A DNA stretch of 64,000 nt from Candidatus Bathyarchaeia archaeon (GCA_035529595.1 DATKWK010000017.1:186961-250960); one strand, 5' to 3'. Positions 49,284 through 57,507 are shown, counted from the stretch's first letter. Translations and numbers: made by a program. Notes: generated by a model from the sequence alone, not told the origin.

Positions 49284-50489
49284 ATGGCAGAAAAGAAGAA
49301 ATATGAAAGAACTAAACCCCATGTAAATATTGGAACTATTGGTCATGTTGATCACGGGAAGACGACTTTGACCAGTGCTATTAGCAAAGTCTTGACTGCC
49401 GCCGGTTTTAGCGATAAATTTTACGCCTATGATGAAATCGACAACGCGCCTGAAGAAAAAGAAAGAGGCCTGACGATTTCTATTACCCATATTGAATACG
49501 AAACCGCCAGCCGTCACTATGCACACATTGACTGTCCGGGACATAAAGACTACGTCAAGAACATGATTACCGGCGCCGCGCAGATGGACGGAGCAATATT
49601 GGTGGTTTCTGCCAAAGACGGACCAATGCCCCAGACAAGAGAACATATCCTTTTAGCGCGCCAGGTAAACGTTCCGGGAATGGTCGTCTTTTTAAACATG
49701 ATTGATGTGGTTGATGATAAAGAGTTAATCGATTTGGTGGAGATTGAAGTCAGGGAACTTTTATCAAAATATAAGTTTCCTGGTGATGAAATTCCGGTGA
49801 TTCGCGGTTCAGCTCTCAAGGCGGTTGAATGCGGTTGCGGAAAGAAAGACTGCCAATGGTGTGGGGCGATCTTGGAGCTGATGGATAAGGTAGACAGTTA
49901 TATTCCGACGCCCAAGCGTGATGTTGACAAACCCTTCCTGATGCCGATTGAAGACGTCTTTTCCATCAAAGGCCGGGGTACGGTTGTTACCGGAAGAGTG
50001 GAACGGGGTAAGGTTGAGATTAATCAGGAAGTTGAGATTGTCGGTATAAAGGAAAGCCGGAAGACAATTGTTACCGGTGTGGAGATGTTTAGAAAAACCC
50101 TTGATTTTGGCCAAGCCGGGGATAATATTGGTGTTTTATTACGGGGAATTGAACAGGATGACGTCGAACGGGGCCAAGTTTTGGCAGCGCCGGGAGCGAT
50201 TACTCCTCATACCGAGTTTGACTGTGAGGCGTATATTCTGACCAAGGAAGAAGGCGGCCGCCATAAGCCTTTTTTCACTGGTTATAAACCTCAGTTTTAT
50301 ATCAGAACTACCGATGTAACCGGCGAAGTCATGCTGTCAAAGGGAGTGGAGATGGTTATGCCCGGAGATAATGCCAGGATGAGCGTTAAACTGATTACCC
50401 CGGTAGCTATGGAAGAAGGCCTGCGGTTTGCTATTAGAGAAGGCGGCATGACCGTAGGGGCAGGAGTCATCAGTAAGATTGTTAAGTAG
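49284..50489 (+). CDS. tuf: Elongation factor Tu with a Cys-rich insertion ([11 protein letters not shown]) in domain 1
   Basis: Full-length EF-Tu similarity. The E. coli segment EGDAEWEAKI aligns to [15 protein letters not shown], which carries four cysteines. Confidence 0.97.
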   Translation: MAEKKKYERTKPHVNIGTIGHVDHGKTTLTSAISKVLTAAGFSDKFYAYDEIDNAPEEKERGLTISITHIEYETASRHYAHIDCPGHKDYVKNMITGAAQMDGAILVVSAKDGPMPQTREHILLARQVNVPGMVVFLNMIDVVDDKELIDLVEIEVRELLSKYKFPGDEIPVIRGSALKAVECGCGKKDCQWCGAILELMDKVDSYIPTPKRDVDKPFLMPIEDVFSIKGRGTVVTGRVERGKVEINQEVEIVGIKESRKTIVTGVEMFRKTLDFGQAGDNIGVLLRGIEQDDVERGQVLAAPGAITPHTEFDCEAYILTKEEGGRHKPFFTGYKPQFYIRTTDVTGEVMLSKGVEMVMPGDNARMSVKLITPVAMEEGLRFAIREGGMTVGAGVISKIVK

Positions 50490-50595
50490 AATTGTCCGGC
50501 AATTGATTAAGTTAGTCTAAATGATTTATTGATTTCTGAATAGGGCTGCCGAAAAAACAAGTCGAAAACTAAAAAAAAATTCAGGTTTTGAAGCA

Positions 50596-50904
50596 ATGCC
50601 GAAGGGAAGAATTCGAGTACGTTTAAAAAGCTATGATCATCGAGTAATCGATGAAAGCTGTCAGAAAATTTTGGAGACAGCCTTGACCACCGGTGCTAAG
50701 GTAGCCGGGCCTATTCCTTTGCCGACAAAGAGAAAATTAATAACGGTACTTACTTCCCCCCATACCGATAAAGATGCCCGCGAACACTTTCAGATTTTAA
50801 CCCATAAGCGGTTGATTGATATCCTGGAGCCGACCGATAAAACTATCGACTCCTTGATGCATCTTGAGTTACCGGCTGGCGTTGATATTGAGATAAAAAT
50901 GTAA
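50596..50904 (+). CDS. rpsJ: 30S ribosomal protein S10
   Basis: Full-length S10 similarity ([16 protein letters not shown] ... PIPLPTKR). Confidence 0.95.
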   Translation: MPKGRIRVRLKSYDHRVIDESCQKILETALTTGAKVAGPIPLPTKRKLITVLTSPHTDKDAREHFQILTHKRLIDILEPTDKTIDSLMHLELPAGVDIEIKM

Positions 50905-51087
50905 ACTCAAATTCAATTTCAGATCTCACACCCCACGGATGATATCGCCTTGTGCCTTTCATCTTTTTTGCTGTGAATCAAAATTACGTCTTGAAGGATT
51001 GAACCTTCTTGGAACTCTATTTTCTGATTGACATTTTTGGAAACTTGTCTTACCTAGATTATGAGTCTCTTAATTTTGATGAGATAG

Positions 51088-51096
51088 TGCTATAAT
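51088..51096 (+). promoter_or_regulatory. Extended -10 element TGCTATAAT, 6 nt upstream of the ATG at 51103, implying a leaderless or near-leaderless mRNA
   Basis: gtgctataatcaaaccATGG is seen directly. There is no room for an SD. Confidence 0.35.
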
Positions 51097-51102
51097 CAAA
51101 CC

Positions 51103-51687
51103 ATGGGAAATTTTAATCGAGACAATAGATCTGGCGGAGGGCGAGATTTTAGCAGGCGGGGGTTTAGTGGAAGAGGTTCAGACAGACAAATGTACAAAGT
51201 AACTTGCAGCAGGTGTGGAAACGAATGTGAAGTACCGTTTAAACCAAGCAGCGGTAAGCCTGTTTTTTGTAGTAAGTGTTTTGAAGACAGTGGAAATTCG
51301 GATGCAAGGAGACCTAGAGGAAAGGATTCTCGAAGCTCTAATTTTGACAACAAACAAATGTATGATGCGGTATGTGATAACTGTGGTAATAACTGTAAAG
51401 TGCCGTTCCGCCCCAGTGGCGGAAAGCCAGTTTACTGCAGCAATTGTTTTAAAGATAAAAATGACAGGGGAGGCAAGAATGCTGACCAATATAAGGAACA
51501 GTTTGAAGCACTGAATGCCAAGCTTGATAAAATATTAAAAATGTTAACGCCTGTCGTCTCCCCGGAAGTCGCTCAAGAAGAAAAAACAGTGGAAAAGATA
51601 GAAGAGCCAAAGCCTAAAAAACGAACCGGTAAAACTGAAAAGAAAAAGACGGTAGTCAATAAAGAATCTTCAACCCAGAAAGAATAA
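51103..51687 (+). CDS. Putative nucleic-acid-binding protein: RGG-rich N-terminus, two tandem CxxC-x(17-19)-CxxC zinc ribbons, K-rich C-terminal tail
   Basis: RDNRSGGGRDFSRRGFSGRG, then VTCSRCGNECEVPFKPSSGKPVFCSKCF and AVCDNCGNNCKVPFRPSGGKPVYCSNCF (an internal duplication), then KPKKRTGKTEKKKTVVNKE. Confidence 0.5.
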   Translation: MGNFNRDNRSGGGRDFSRRGFSGRGSDRQMYKVTCSRCGNECEVPFKPSSGKPVFCSKCFEDSGNSDARRPRGKDSRSSNFDNKQMYDAVCDNCGNNCKVPFRPSGGKPVYCSNCFKDKNDRGGKNADQYKEQFEALNAKLDKILKMLTPVVSPEVAQEEKTVEKIEEPKPKKRTGKTEKKKTVVNKESSTQKE

Positions 51688-51710
51688 GACAAAAAATTTT
51701 TCAGGTCAGT

Positions 51711-51875
51711 CTATCGACGTTTTTTATCTCTCGAAGATTTAGGCGAAGCTGGTTTATTTGGTCTGGCTTTTTCTAATTCAGCTCTCAAAGCTGCTATTTC
51801 TTCTTGCAAATGCCTGTTTTGTCCTCTTAAGTCTAGCAGAGTTTCTTCTGCCGCTGCCCACCTTTTGATACACCT
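51711..51875 (-). pseudogene. Truncated coiled-coil ORF remnant (54 codons, no start codon) whose 5' end lies inside repeat R2a
   Basis: The minus-strand frame reads RCIKRWAAAEETLLDLRGQNRHLQEEIAALRAELEKARPNKPASPKSSRDKKRR*. It is open only from a stop inside the repeat at 51876-51878 and has no Met. Confidence 0.3.
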
Positions 51876-51903
51876 TCAAGGTGTCTCAGGTAGGACACCT
51901 TGG
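51863..51903 (+). repeat. Repeat family R2, copy a (ttttgatacaccttcaaggtgtctcaggtaggacaccttgg; two adjacent hairpins)
   Basis: 41 nt, 38/41 identical to the direct-orientation copy at 55041-55081. Hairpins acacctt-c-aaggtgt and ggtgtc-tcaggtag-gacacc. Confidence 0.55.
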
Positions 51904-51996
51904 AACAATTGACCGGTCAACTGAGCTAGAATATCCAGAGTTTACGCCCAAGGAGTTAATTGATTTCTATCGACATCTTAGATGACTCTAAAGGGT

Positions 51997-52455
51997 CTAC
52001 CGCCTTGGATTCAGAAAGACCTCTACTCGTTTATCAATCGGCGCATTTGGATCTAAGATATAAAATTTCTCAGGAACGATTTTAAAAAGGCGATAAGGAG
52101 CCGAACTCTTAAAAGATTCTGGTTTGCATTCTATATAGGTCGTTGAGTACCACTTAAGAGCCTGTTTTATCTCCTTATCTTTTTTAAGGAAATAGACAAT
52201 TCCTGATGCTTGGATTCCATTCCCTTTCCCTTCGGGTAGGCAGGAATCGAAAATGGCAAAGGCTACTTTTGAATTTTTAAAGATTTGTCTGGTATGGACT
52301 GAATCCATTTGAGAAATATAATAGAAGTGATATTTATCATCAATGCAGTAATAGAGTGGAGCAATCCAGGGGTCACCGTCAGCAGTCGCTAAGGTAAGAT
52401 AAATGTTGTTCTTAATAATATCTTTCGCGATTTTATTAAATTCTTCTTGTTTCAT
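51997..52455 (-). CDS. Pyridoxamine 5'-phosphate oxidase-like FMN-binding split-barrel protein
   Basis: NNIYLTLATADGDPWIAPLYY ... AFAIFD is the pattern of PNPOx-like / general stress protein 26 family members. Confidence 0.55.
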   Translation of the reverse strand: MKQEEFNKIAKDIIKNNIYLTLATADGDPWIAPLYYCIDDKYHFYYISQMDSVHTRQIFKNSKVAFAIFDSCLPEGKGNGIQASGIVYFLKKDKEIKQALKWYSTTYIECKPESFKSSAPYRLFKIVPEKFYILDPNAPIDKRVEVFLNPRR

Positions 52456-52582
52456 TGATTACTCCGATCAGGTCTGATCTTTAATATAATTCTAGCACGA
52501 GAAGATAACTGATTAAATCTTTGTTACAATTTTAACAAAATTCTTTGCTTTTTAGGTTGCAGTAAGGGTATAATCTCCCGAT

Positions 52583-53518
52583 ATGCCAACAACGGAACGA
52601 TTAAACAATTCACTTACTCTTGCTGACATGTTTTTTGATCCAGAAGAGTATCTTGATAGAGTATCTCGTGCCCAAAGTCTTATAGAAGAGAACTCGCCTT
52701 CTGGATTTATTCCTCGCGTAGCTTTAACTTTAGGCTCTGGAGGATTAGGCGGACTAGTGGACGTCATTGATCGTGTCAAGACGATCCCATATGCAAATAT
52801 TCCGGGATTTAAAAGAACAACAGTGGCCGGACACGAAGGTAATCTGGTAATTGGATATATTGCAAAAGTACCAATGATTGGCTTTCAAGGCAGGCGGCAC
52901 TTTTATGAGGAAGGCGGGCAACCCAATCAGGTAATTGCCTTAAAGAACTTAACATTCCCTGTTTATGTAGCGCGCGCTTTAGGAGCAGAATTATACCTTG
53001 CTACTAATGCCGCTGGTGGTTTGAATCCGAAATATAAGCCCGGAGAGTTGATGATTATAAAATCTCACATTGATCTTTTTTTTCCTAACCCGCTAGTTGG
53101 TCCGCAAGTTAATTTTATGGATTCAATGAGATTCCAACCTCAAAATGGAGAATACGATCCAGAGCTACGCGCTTTATTGCGCAAAGCAGCGGCAAGTGTC
53201 GGTGAAACAGAAACTATGCACGAAGGAGTTTATTGTGCGGTAACAGGACCAACATATGAATCAATGGCTGACTCTCAATTATTACGGAAATTAGGAGCAG
53301 ACGCAGTAGGAATGTCAACAGTTCCTGAGATTATTGTAGCGACAAATCTGGGGATGAAAACTCTGGGACTTTCTCTTATAACCAATGTTATTGCTAAAGA
53401 CGGGACAAACGCTACTTCTCATGAAGCGGTGATGGAGGCACTTAACGATCCTAGGACGGAAGAGAGATTATTAAAAATAACTCAGGAATTTTTTCAAACA
53501 GTCCAGTTTTTGTCTTAG
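52583..53518 (+). CDS. Purine nucleoside phosphorylase (PNP-I / PunA-type)
   Basis: LTLGSGGLGGLVD phosphate loop, VAGHEGNLVIG and the MSTVPE motif. Confidence 0.8.
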   Translation: MPTTERLNNSLTLADMFFDPEEYLDRVSRAQSLIEENSPSGFIPRVALTLGSGGLGGLVDVIDRVKTIPYANIPGFKRTTVAGHEGNLVIGYIAKVPMIGFQGRRHFYEEGGQPNQVIALKNLTFPVYVARALGAELYLATNAAGGLNPKYKPGELMIIKSHIDLFFPNPLVGPQVNFMDSMRFQPQNGEYDPELRALLRKAAASVGETETMHEGVYCAVTGPTYESMADSQLLRKLGADAVGMSTVPEIIVATNLGMKTLGLSLITNVIAKDGTNATSHEAVMEALNDPRTEERLLKITQEFFQTVQFLS

Positions 53519-53604
53519 GATAGGAAAACTAGACCCAGAGGGAATAAAGAAGCATCTTAAAAGATTCAATTTAGGCCTCGGAGCTTCAATAAGTTTTTCT
53601 TGTT

Positions 53605-54945
53605 TCATTTTTCTCCTTCTTTAAGTTTCCTGGCGATTCCTTCGTAGGCATTTAGTTCTACCAAATCCCCATTTTGAAAGATCTTAGTTGCCTTTTTCGT
53701 GCCAACAATACAAGGGATGCCGAATTCTCTGGAAACGATCGCCGCATGGCACAAAATACCGCCGAAATCGGTAATTATCCCGGCAGCTTTAACGATAGCG
53801 GGGACTAACTTTGGGTGAGTCATAGAAGAAACAATAATGTCTCCCTTGTTAACCTTAGGTATGTCTTCAATTTCATAAATAAGCTTTACTTTGCCTGTTG
53901 CCCTTCCTCTATTAGCTACGGTTCCTTTTACGGTTGTTCCCGTTACGAACCTGTGGACTGCTTTCTTTACTCTTTTACCGGACAAAAGCGTATATTTACC
54001 ATTCTCTTCAATTAAGGCGTAGTTAGTCATTCTATTTTTGACTTCCTCTTTATTAACTTTTGACTTAGCTCTTAGTAAGTCGATAATCTCGTCGCCAGTA
54101 AAATAAACAAGTTCCTTACCCTGCAAGCCTAACCTTTGCGCTATTGTTTTAAGTAAAGGGTAAACGTGATAATGAGCCAAAAAGAAAACATCCAGTCGAT
54201 AGGTCTGTAAATAAATAAATTCTCGTCCCAAATCAATCAAGTCAGTTAATCTTGGAGATTCTTCTATTTGCTTAAACGCCTCTTGATAACTTTCCCGGGT
54301 TTCTTCTTTAATTCTTTTTGTTTCTTTTAGCCTCTTTTCAGGATTTTCCTTAATCAAGTTTTCAGCCTTCTTTAATACTTCCTCTTTGGTCTGAAATTTG
54401 CCTAAATAGGCAATAGAGGACATCCAGGCAAATCTTTTAAGATAGGCTTTTATTTTCTGCTCAAGAGCTGCTTTTTTATCCTTAATGCCAAGGTCCGCAT
54501 TAAAGGCGTTAATAATTTCCTTTTTAATGACATTATCTAGTACCAATGTTCCATTCATAAAAGGCATTAAACCCAAAACAGAATTTTGATATTTCTGATA
54601 TAGAGATAACAATTGAAAATTATTCAATTCCGGCAAGTCTTTCACTGAGGCAACTTCCTTTGATGTCTTAGCCATTCTGCCACTGTATTGATAGCAAAGA
54701 TTAACAAATCGCCTCAAAAAGTTTTTATCCGATTTGATTTTCAAAGACAGCTTCTTCTCAAGCTTAGTCCACTCGTTTAAATCAATAAAGATCTCATCTG
54801 AAACAATTTTTCCGTTTAATAAACTTGCTTTGATTTCTAAGGAGTTTTTAAAGTATTTCTCTTTGTGGCCTTCAAAAACATACCATTGGAACAGAATCGA
54901 GGTTTTAGCTTTAACGATTGGCTGCCATTTTATCTTAGCCATCAA
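53605..54945 (-). CDS. PEP-utilizing-enzyme mobile (swivel phosphohistidine) domain protein with an uncharacterised ~330 aa N-terminal domain
   Basis: The C-terminal ~100 aa match the PpsA/PPDK/rifampin-phosphotransferase swivel domain (GGILCHAAIVSREFGIPCIVGTKKAT). No PEP-binding TIM-barrel domain follows. Confidence 0.6.
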   Translation of the reverse strand: MMAKIKWQPIVKAKTSILFQWYVFEGHKEKYFKNSLEIKASLLNGKIVSDEIFIDLNEWTKLEKKLSLKIKSDKNFLRRFVNLCYQYSGRMAKTSKEVASVKDLPELNNFQLLSLYQKYQNSVLGLMPFMNGTLVLDNVIKKEIINAFNADLGIKDKKAALEQKIKAYLKRFAWMSSIAYLGKFQTKEEVLKKAENLIKENPEKRLKETKRIKEETRESYQEAFKQIEESPRLTDLIDLGREFIYLQTYRLDVFFLAHYHVYPLLKTIAQRLGLQGKELVYFTGDEIIDLLRAKSKVNKEEVKNRMTNYALIEENGKYTLLSGKRVKKAVHRFVTGTTVKGTVANRGRATGKVKLIYEIEDIPKVNKGDIIVSSMTHPKLVPAIVKAAGIITDFGGILCHAAIVSREFGIPCIVGTKKATKIFQNGDLVELNAYEGIARKLKEGEK

Positions 54946-55040
54946 TTTAATTTTACCAAAATTTTACTTAAAGTTCTCCTGCTTTATTCAACCTTCTACT
55001 TCAGGGGTGATTTAGCTTTACACCCCCGGAAATTTTCTTT

Positions 55041-55081
55041 TTTGATACACCTTCAAACTGTCCCAGGTAGGACACCTTGGG
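55041..55081 (+). repeat. Repeat family R2, copy b (direct orientation relative to copy a)
   Basis: ttttgatacaccttcaaactgtcccaggtaggacaccttgg, with 3 mismatches against copy a. Copies a and b bracket a 3.2-kb three-gene segment. Confidence 0.55.
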
Positions 55082-55206
55082 AAATAATACCGCTCCCGAT
55101 GTGGTTTTCTCCTTATGTATCGGGATAATGAAGTTCTGAATCAGTCCTATCAGCTCCGCGGGATGGACGATGTTAGAGCGAATTATTGCTTCGTCGCAAG
55201 TTTCGC

Positions 55207-55325
55207 AGTTGTCTGTCATTCTGGAGCGTCAGCGATAGAATCTCCTTTTTCACTTTGAGATCCTATCGAGTCGAGGTATCGACTCTCCAGGCTGACAAAG
55301 TGTGCCAGTAAATCTGAACCCTTAT
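55207..55325. repeat. Repeat family R1, copy b
   Basis: gtctgtcattctggagcg ... gaatctcc ... gagtcgaggtatcgactc hairpin ... caggctgacaaagtgtgccagtaaatctgaacccttatac. The 3' 35 nt are near-identical to copy a. Confidence 0.6.
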
Positions 55326-55338
55326 ACAAACTTAGAAA

Positions 55339-55617
55339 TTATTTTATTTTCCAATATTTTAACTGTCCTAAATAAAGGCAAAGGGAAAACAGTACCGTAA
55401 CAAAAATTGTCGAAAAATCCGTGAAGAAAAAACCCAGATCAATTAAGCTCTTATCCCCTGTTAGGCGAAGAGAAAAACCCGCTGAATAAACCAGGAGTGG
55501 CAGTAAAAAATAAACGGCTTTCTTCCGGCTGACCTTAAAATCTCTTAATAAAGAGAAAATCAGCCGGCTGGAGATTATAAAAACGACAGTCTCAGCAAAG
55601 ATTGTCTTAATAAGCAT
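55339..55617 (-). CDS. Small three-TM membrane protein
   Basis: 92 aa ORF with hydrophobic helices. No recognised family. Confidence 0.35.
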   Translation of the reverse strand: MLIKTIFAETVVFIISSRLIFSLLRDFKVSRKKAVYFLLPLLVYSAGFSLRLTGDKSLIDLGFFFTDFSTIFVTVLFSLCLYLGQLKYWKIK

Positions 55618-56008
55618 AAATCCTCCTCATCGGAGGATTGTAGCATATAGAAATTTTATTATCTTTTAATAAAATATTAAGAGTGCACCTGGGGTGAAAC
55701 AGCCTACCTTTCGGCAGACAAGGCTTGGCGCCTAGGGAGTTGGGTATATTAAGTTCCAGCTAGCTCCATCCTAGGATTACCTGTCCGCCTCTGGCGAATC
55801 TAACTGATAGTTTATCACAAGCTACGGTTTTAACTGAAGTCAAAGCGGACGAACCAGGATAACGGCTAAAAAACCGTTATTCAGCATTCTCTTGATTGGT
55901 TCTTGAATATTAGAAGAGTAATTAGTATAATTAGCCCATTCTTTAAATATGGAGATTGAATTTCCATCCATATAAGTTAATTTCTGCCAAGAGAAGCGCT
56001 TTTTTAAA

Positions 56009-56030
56009 GGGTGCCTCGGGCACTCTTTTT
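56009..56030 (+). promoter_or_regulatory. Hairpin (gggtgcc-tcg-ggcactc) plus T5 run, immediately 5' of the rplC RBS: candidate attenuator or leader terminator
   Basis: Seen directly. It overlaps the GTG used as the start by the ORF track (56011). The real L3 start is the ATG at 56041, preceded by ggtgg. Confidence 0.35.
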
Positions 56031-56040
56031 GGTGGTAAAA

Positions 56041-56796
56041 ATGATCAATAGTCTTTTTGGGATTAAAACCGAGTCGACACGAAAATATGATCAGGAAGGA
56101 ACCCAGATTCCGGTGACTGAGATTTGGGTTGGACCGATGATGGTAACGCAGATTAAAAACCGGGAGAAAGACGGTTATTCGGCCCTTCAGCTTGGCATTA
56201 GCCGAAGAAATTTTTCCCGCCTTAAAAAGCCGCAGCAGGAATACTTTAAAGGAGCCGGAATTGATAAGGCTCCTTTATATTTGCGGGAAGTTAAAATTGA
56301 AGATAACTCTTCCTCTTCCTATAAAGTTGGAGATGAGATTTCACCAGCCGACGTTTTAAAGGCCGGTGACTTGGTTAACGTTGCCGGGGTGTCAAAAGGC
56401 AAGGGTTTTACCGGCGTTGTTAAAAGATGGCACTTTGCCGGCGGACCAAAAACTCATGGACAATCGGACAGACAGCGTGCGCCGGGATCAATCGGTCAAA
56501 CTACCACGCCTGGGCGTGTCTATAAGGGTAAAAAAATGGCTGGCAGATCAGGAGGAAAAAGAGTAACAATTAAAAATCTGGTGGTTATGAAAGTAGATCA
56601 AGAAAACAACACTCTCTTGATCAAAGGACTGGTGCCGGGAGCCCGAAAGGGTTTACTTGAGATTAGAAGAGTAGGTCAGGCAAAGAGATTCATCTCCTTG
56701 TTGGAGAAGGGGCAAGGGATTTTTTTTGATGAAAGGAAAGAAAAAGCTGGCAAGAAAGAAACGGGGAAGAAAGAATCAGAGGAAAAAAATAATTAA
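56041..56796 (+). CDS. rplC: 50S ribosomal protein L3 with a K/E-rich C-terminal extension
   Basis: MINSLFGIKTESTRKYD...IPVTEIWVGPMMVTQIK matches the L3 N-terminus. The additional ~45 aa at the C-terminus are a lysine-rich tail. Confidence 0.93.
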   Translation: MINSLFGIKTESTRKYDQEGTQIPVTEIWVGPMMVTQIKNREKDGYSALQLGISRRNFSRLKKPQQEYFKGAGIDKAPLYLREVKIEDNSSSSYKVGDEISPADVLKAGDLVNVAGVSKGKGFTGVVKRWHFAGGPKTHGQSDRQRAPGSIGQTTTPGRVYKGKKMAGRSGGKRVTIKNLVVMKVDQENNTLLIKGLVPGARKGLLEIRRVGQAKRFISLLEKGQGIFFDERKEKAGKKETGKKESEEKNN

Positions 56797-56811
56797 TTCG
56801 GGAGGAAATTA

Positions 56812-57507
56812 ATGCCGGAGGTAGATATTTACGCGTCTGATGGACAAAAAAAGGGTAAATTAAATTTACCCAGAGAAATTTTTGCCGCCAAAGTTAACTC
56901 TGTCCTTTTAGCTCAAGCGGTACGGGTTTTCCTGTCTAATCAGCGCTGTGCTAAAGCTAAAGTCAAGACCAGAGGCGAGGTGGCAGGTTCAGGAAAAAAA
57001 ATCTGGCGGCAGAAGGGGACCGGCCGTGCCAGGCACGGAGATCAATATGCGCCGATTTTTGTCGGGGGCGGAGTGGCCCACGGACCGACCGGCCGAGAAA
57101 ATTATTCTTTAAAGTTGTCCCGGAGAATGAGGCGGGAAGCCCTCTTTTCCGCCTTAACCGCTAAGCTTAAGGCAGACGAAATCTTGGTGGTCGAAGGCCT
57201 GGAAAAAATTAAACCGAAGACAAAGGAAATCGATCAGCTTTTTAAAAAGATTCTTGGAAAGAAGAAAAAAATTTCTCTGGTTCTGCCTGGGGTATTAGAT
57301 AATCTCGTTCGGGGTTCGAGGAATATTGGCAAAATTCGATTAGTCCAAGCCAATCTGTTAAATGCTTATCAAGTTTTAAATGGGGGCAGTCTCGTCTTGC
57401 TGCCTGAAAGTATCCAAGTTATAGAAAAAACCTTTTTGAAAGATAAGAGCTCGGGTAAAGCTAAAATTACCAGGCCTAAAAAAAAGCTTAAAGAAAATGA
57501 ATCTTAA
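56812..57507 (+). CDS. rplD: 50S ribosomal protein L4
   Basis: Full-length L4 similarity (KGTGRARHG...GGGVAHGP). Confidence 0.95.
   Translation: MPEVDIYASDGQKKGKLNLPREIFAAKVNSVLLAQAVRVFLSNQRCAKAKVKTRGEVAGSGKKIWRQKGTGRARHGDQYAPIFVGGGVAHGPTGRENYSLKLSRRMRREALFSALTAKLKADEILVVEGLEKIKPKTKEIDQLFKKILGKKKKISLVLPGVLDNLVRGSRNIGKIRLVQANLLNAYQVLNGGSLVLLPESIQVIEKTFLKDKSSGKAKITRPKKKLKENES

Noticed and set aside
55690-55880. RNase P RNA. Short matches to GGGTGAAA, AGTYC..GCTCCAT and GAACC..CGGCT were noticed.
   Set aside because: The elements are in the wrong order (the J11/12-like match precedes the P4 5' strand) and only ~100 nt apart. A real RNase P RNA needs ~300 nt in a fixed order.
32972-56040. Prophage, integrative element or IS as the explanation for the two insertions
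   Set aside because: No integrase, transposase, recombinase, phage structural gene or flanking tRNA was found. Only short repeats and one coiled-coil remnant mark the junctions.
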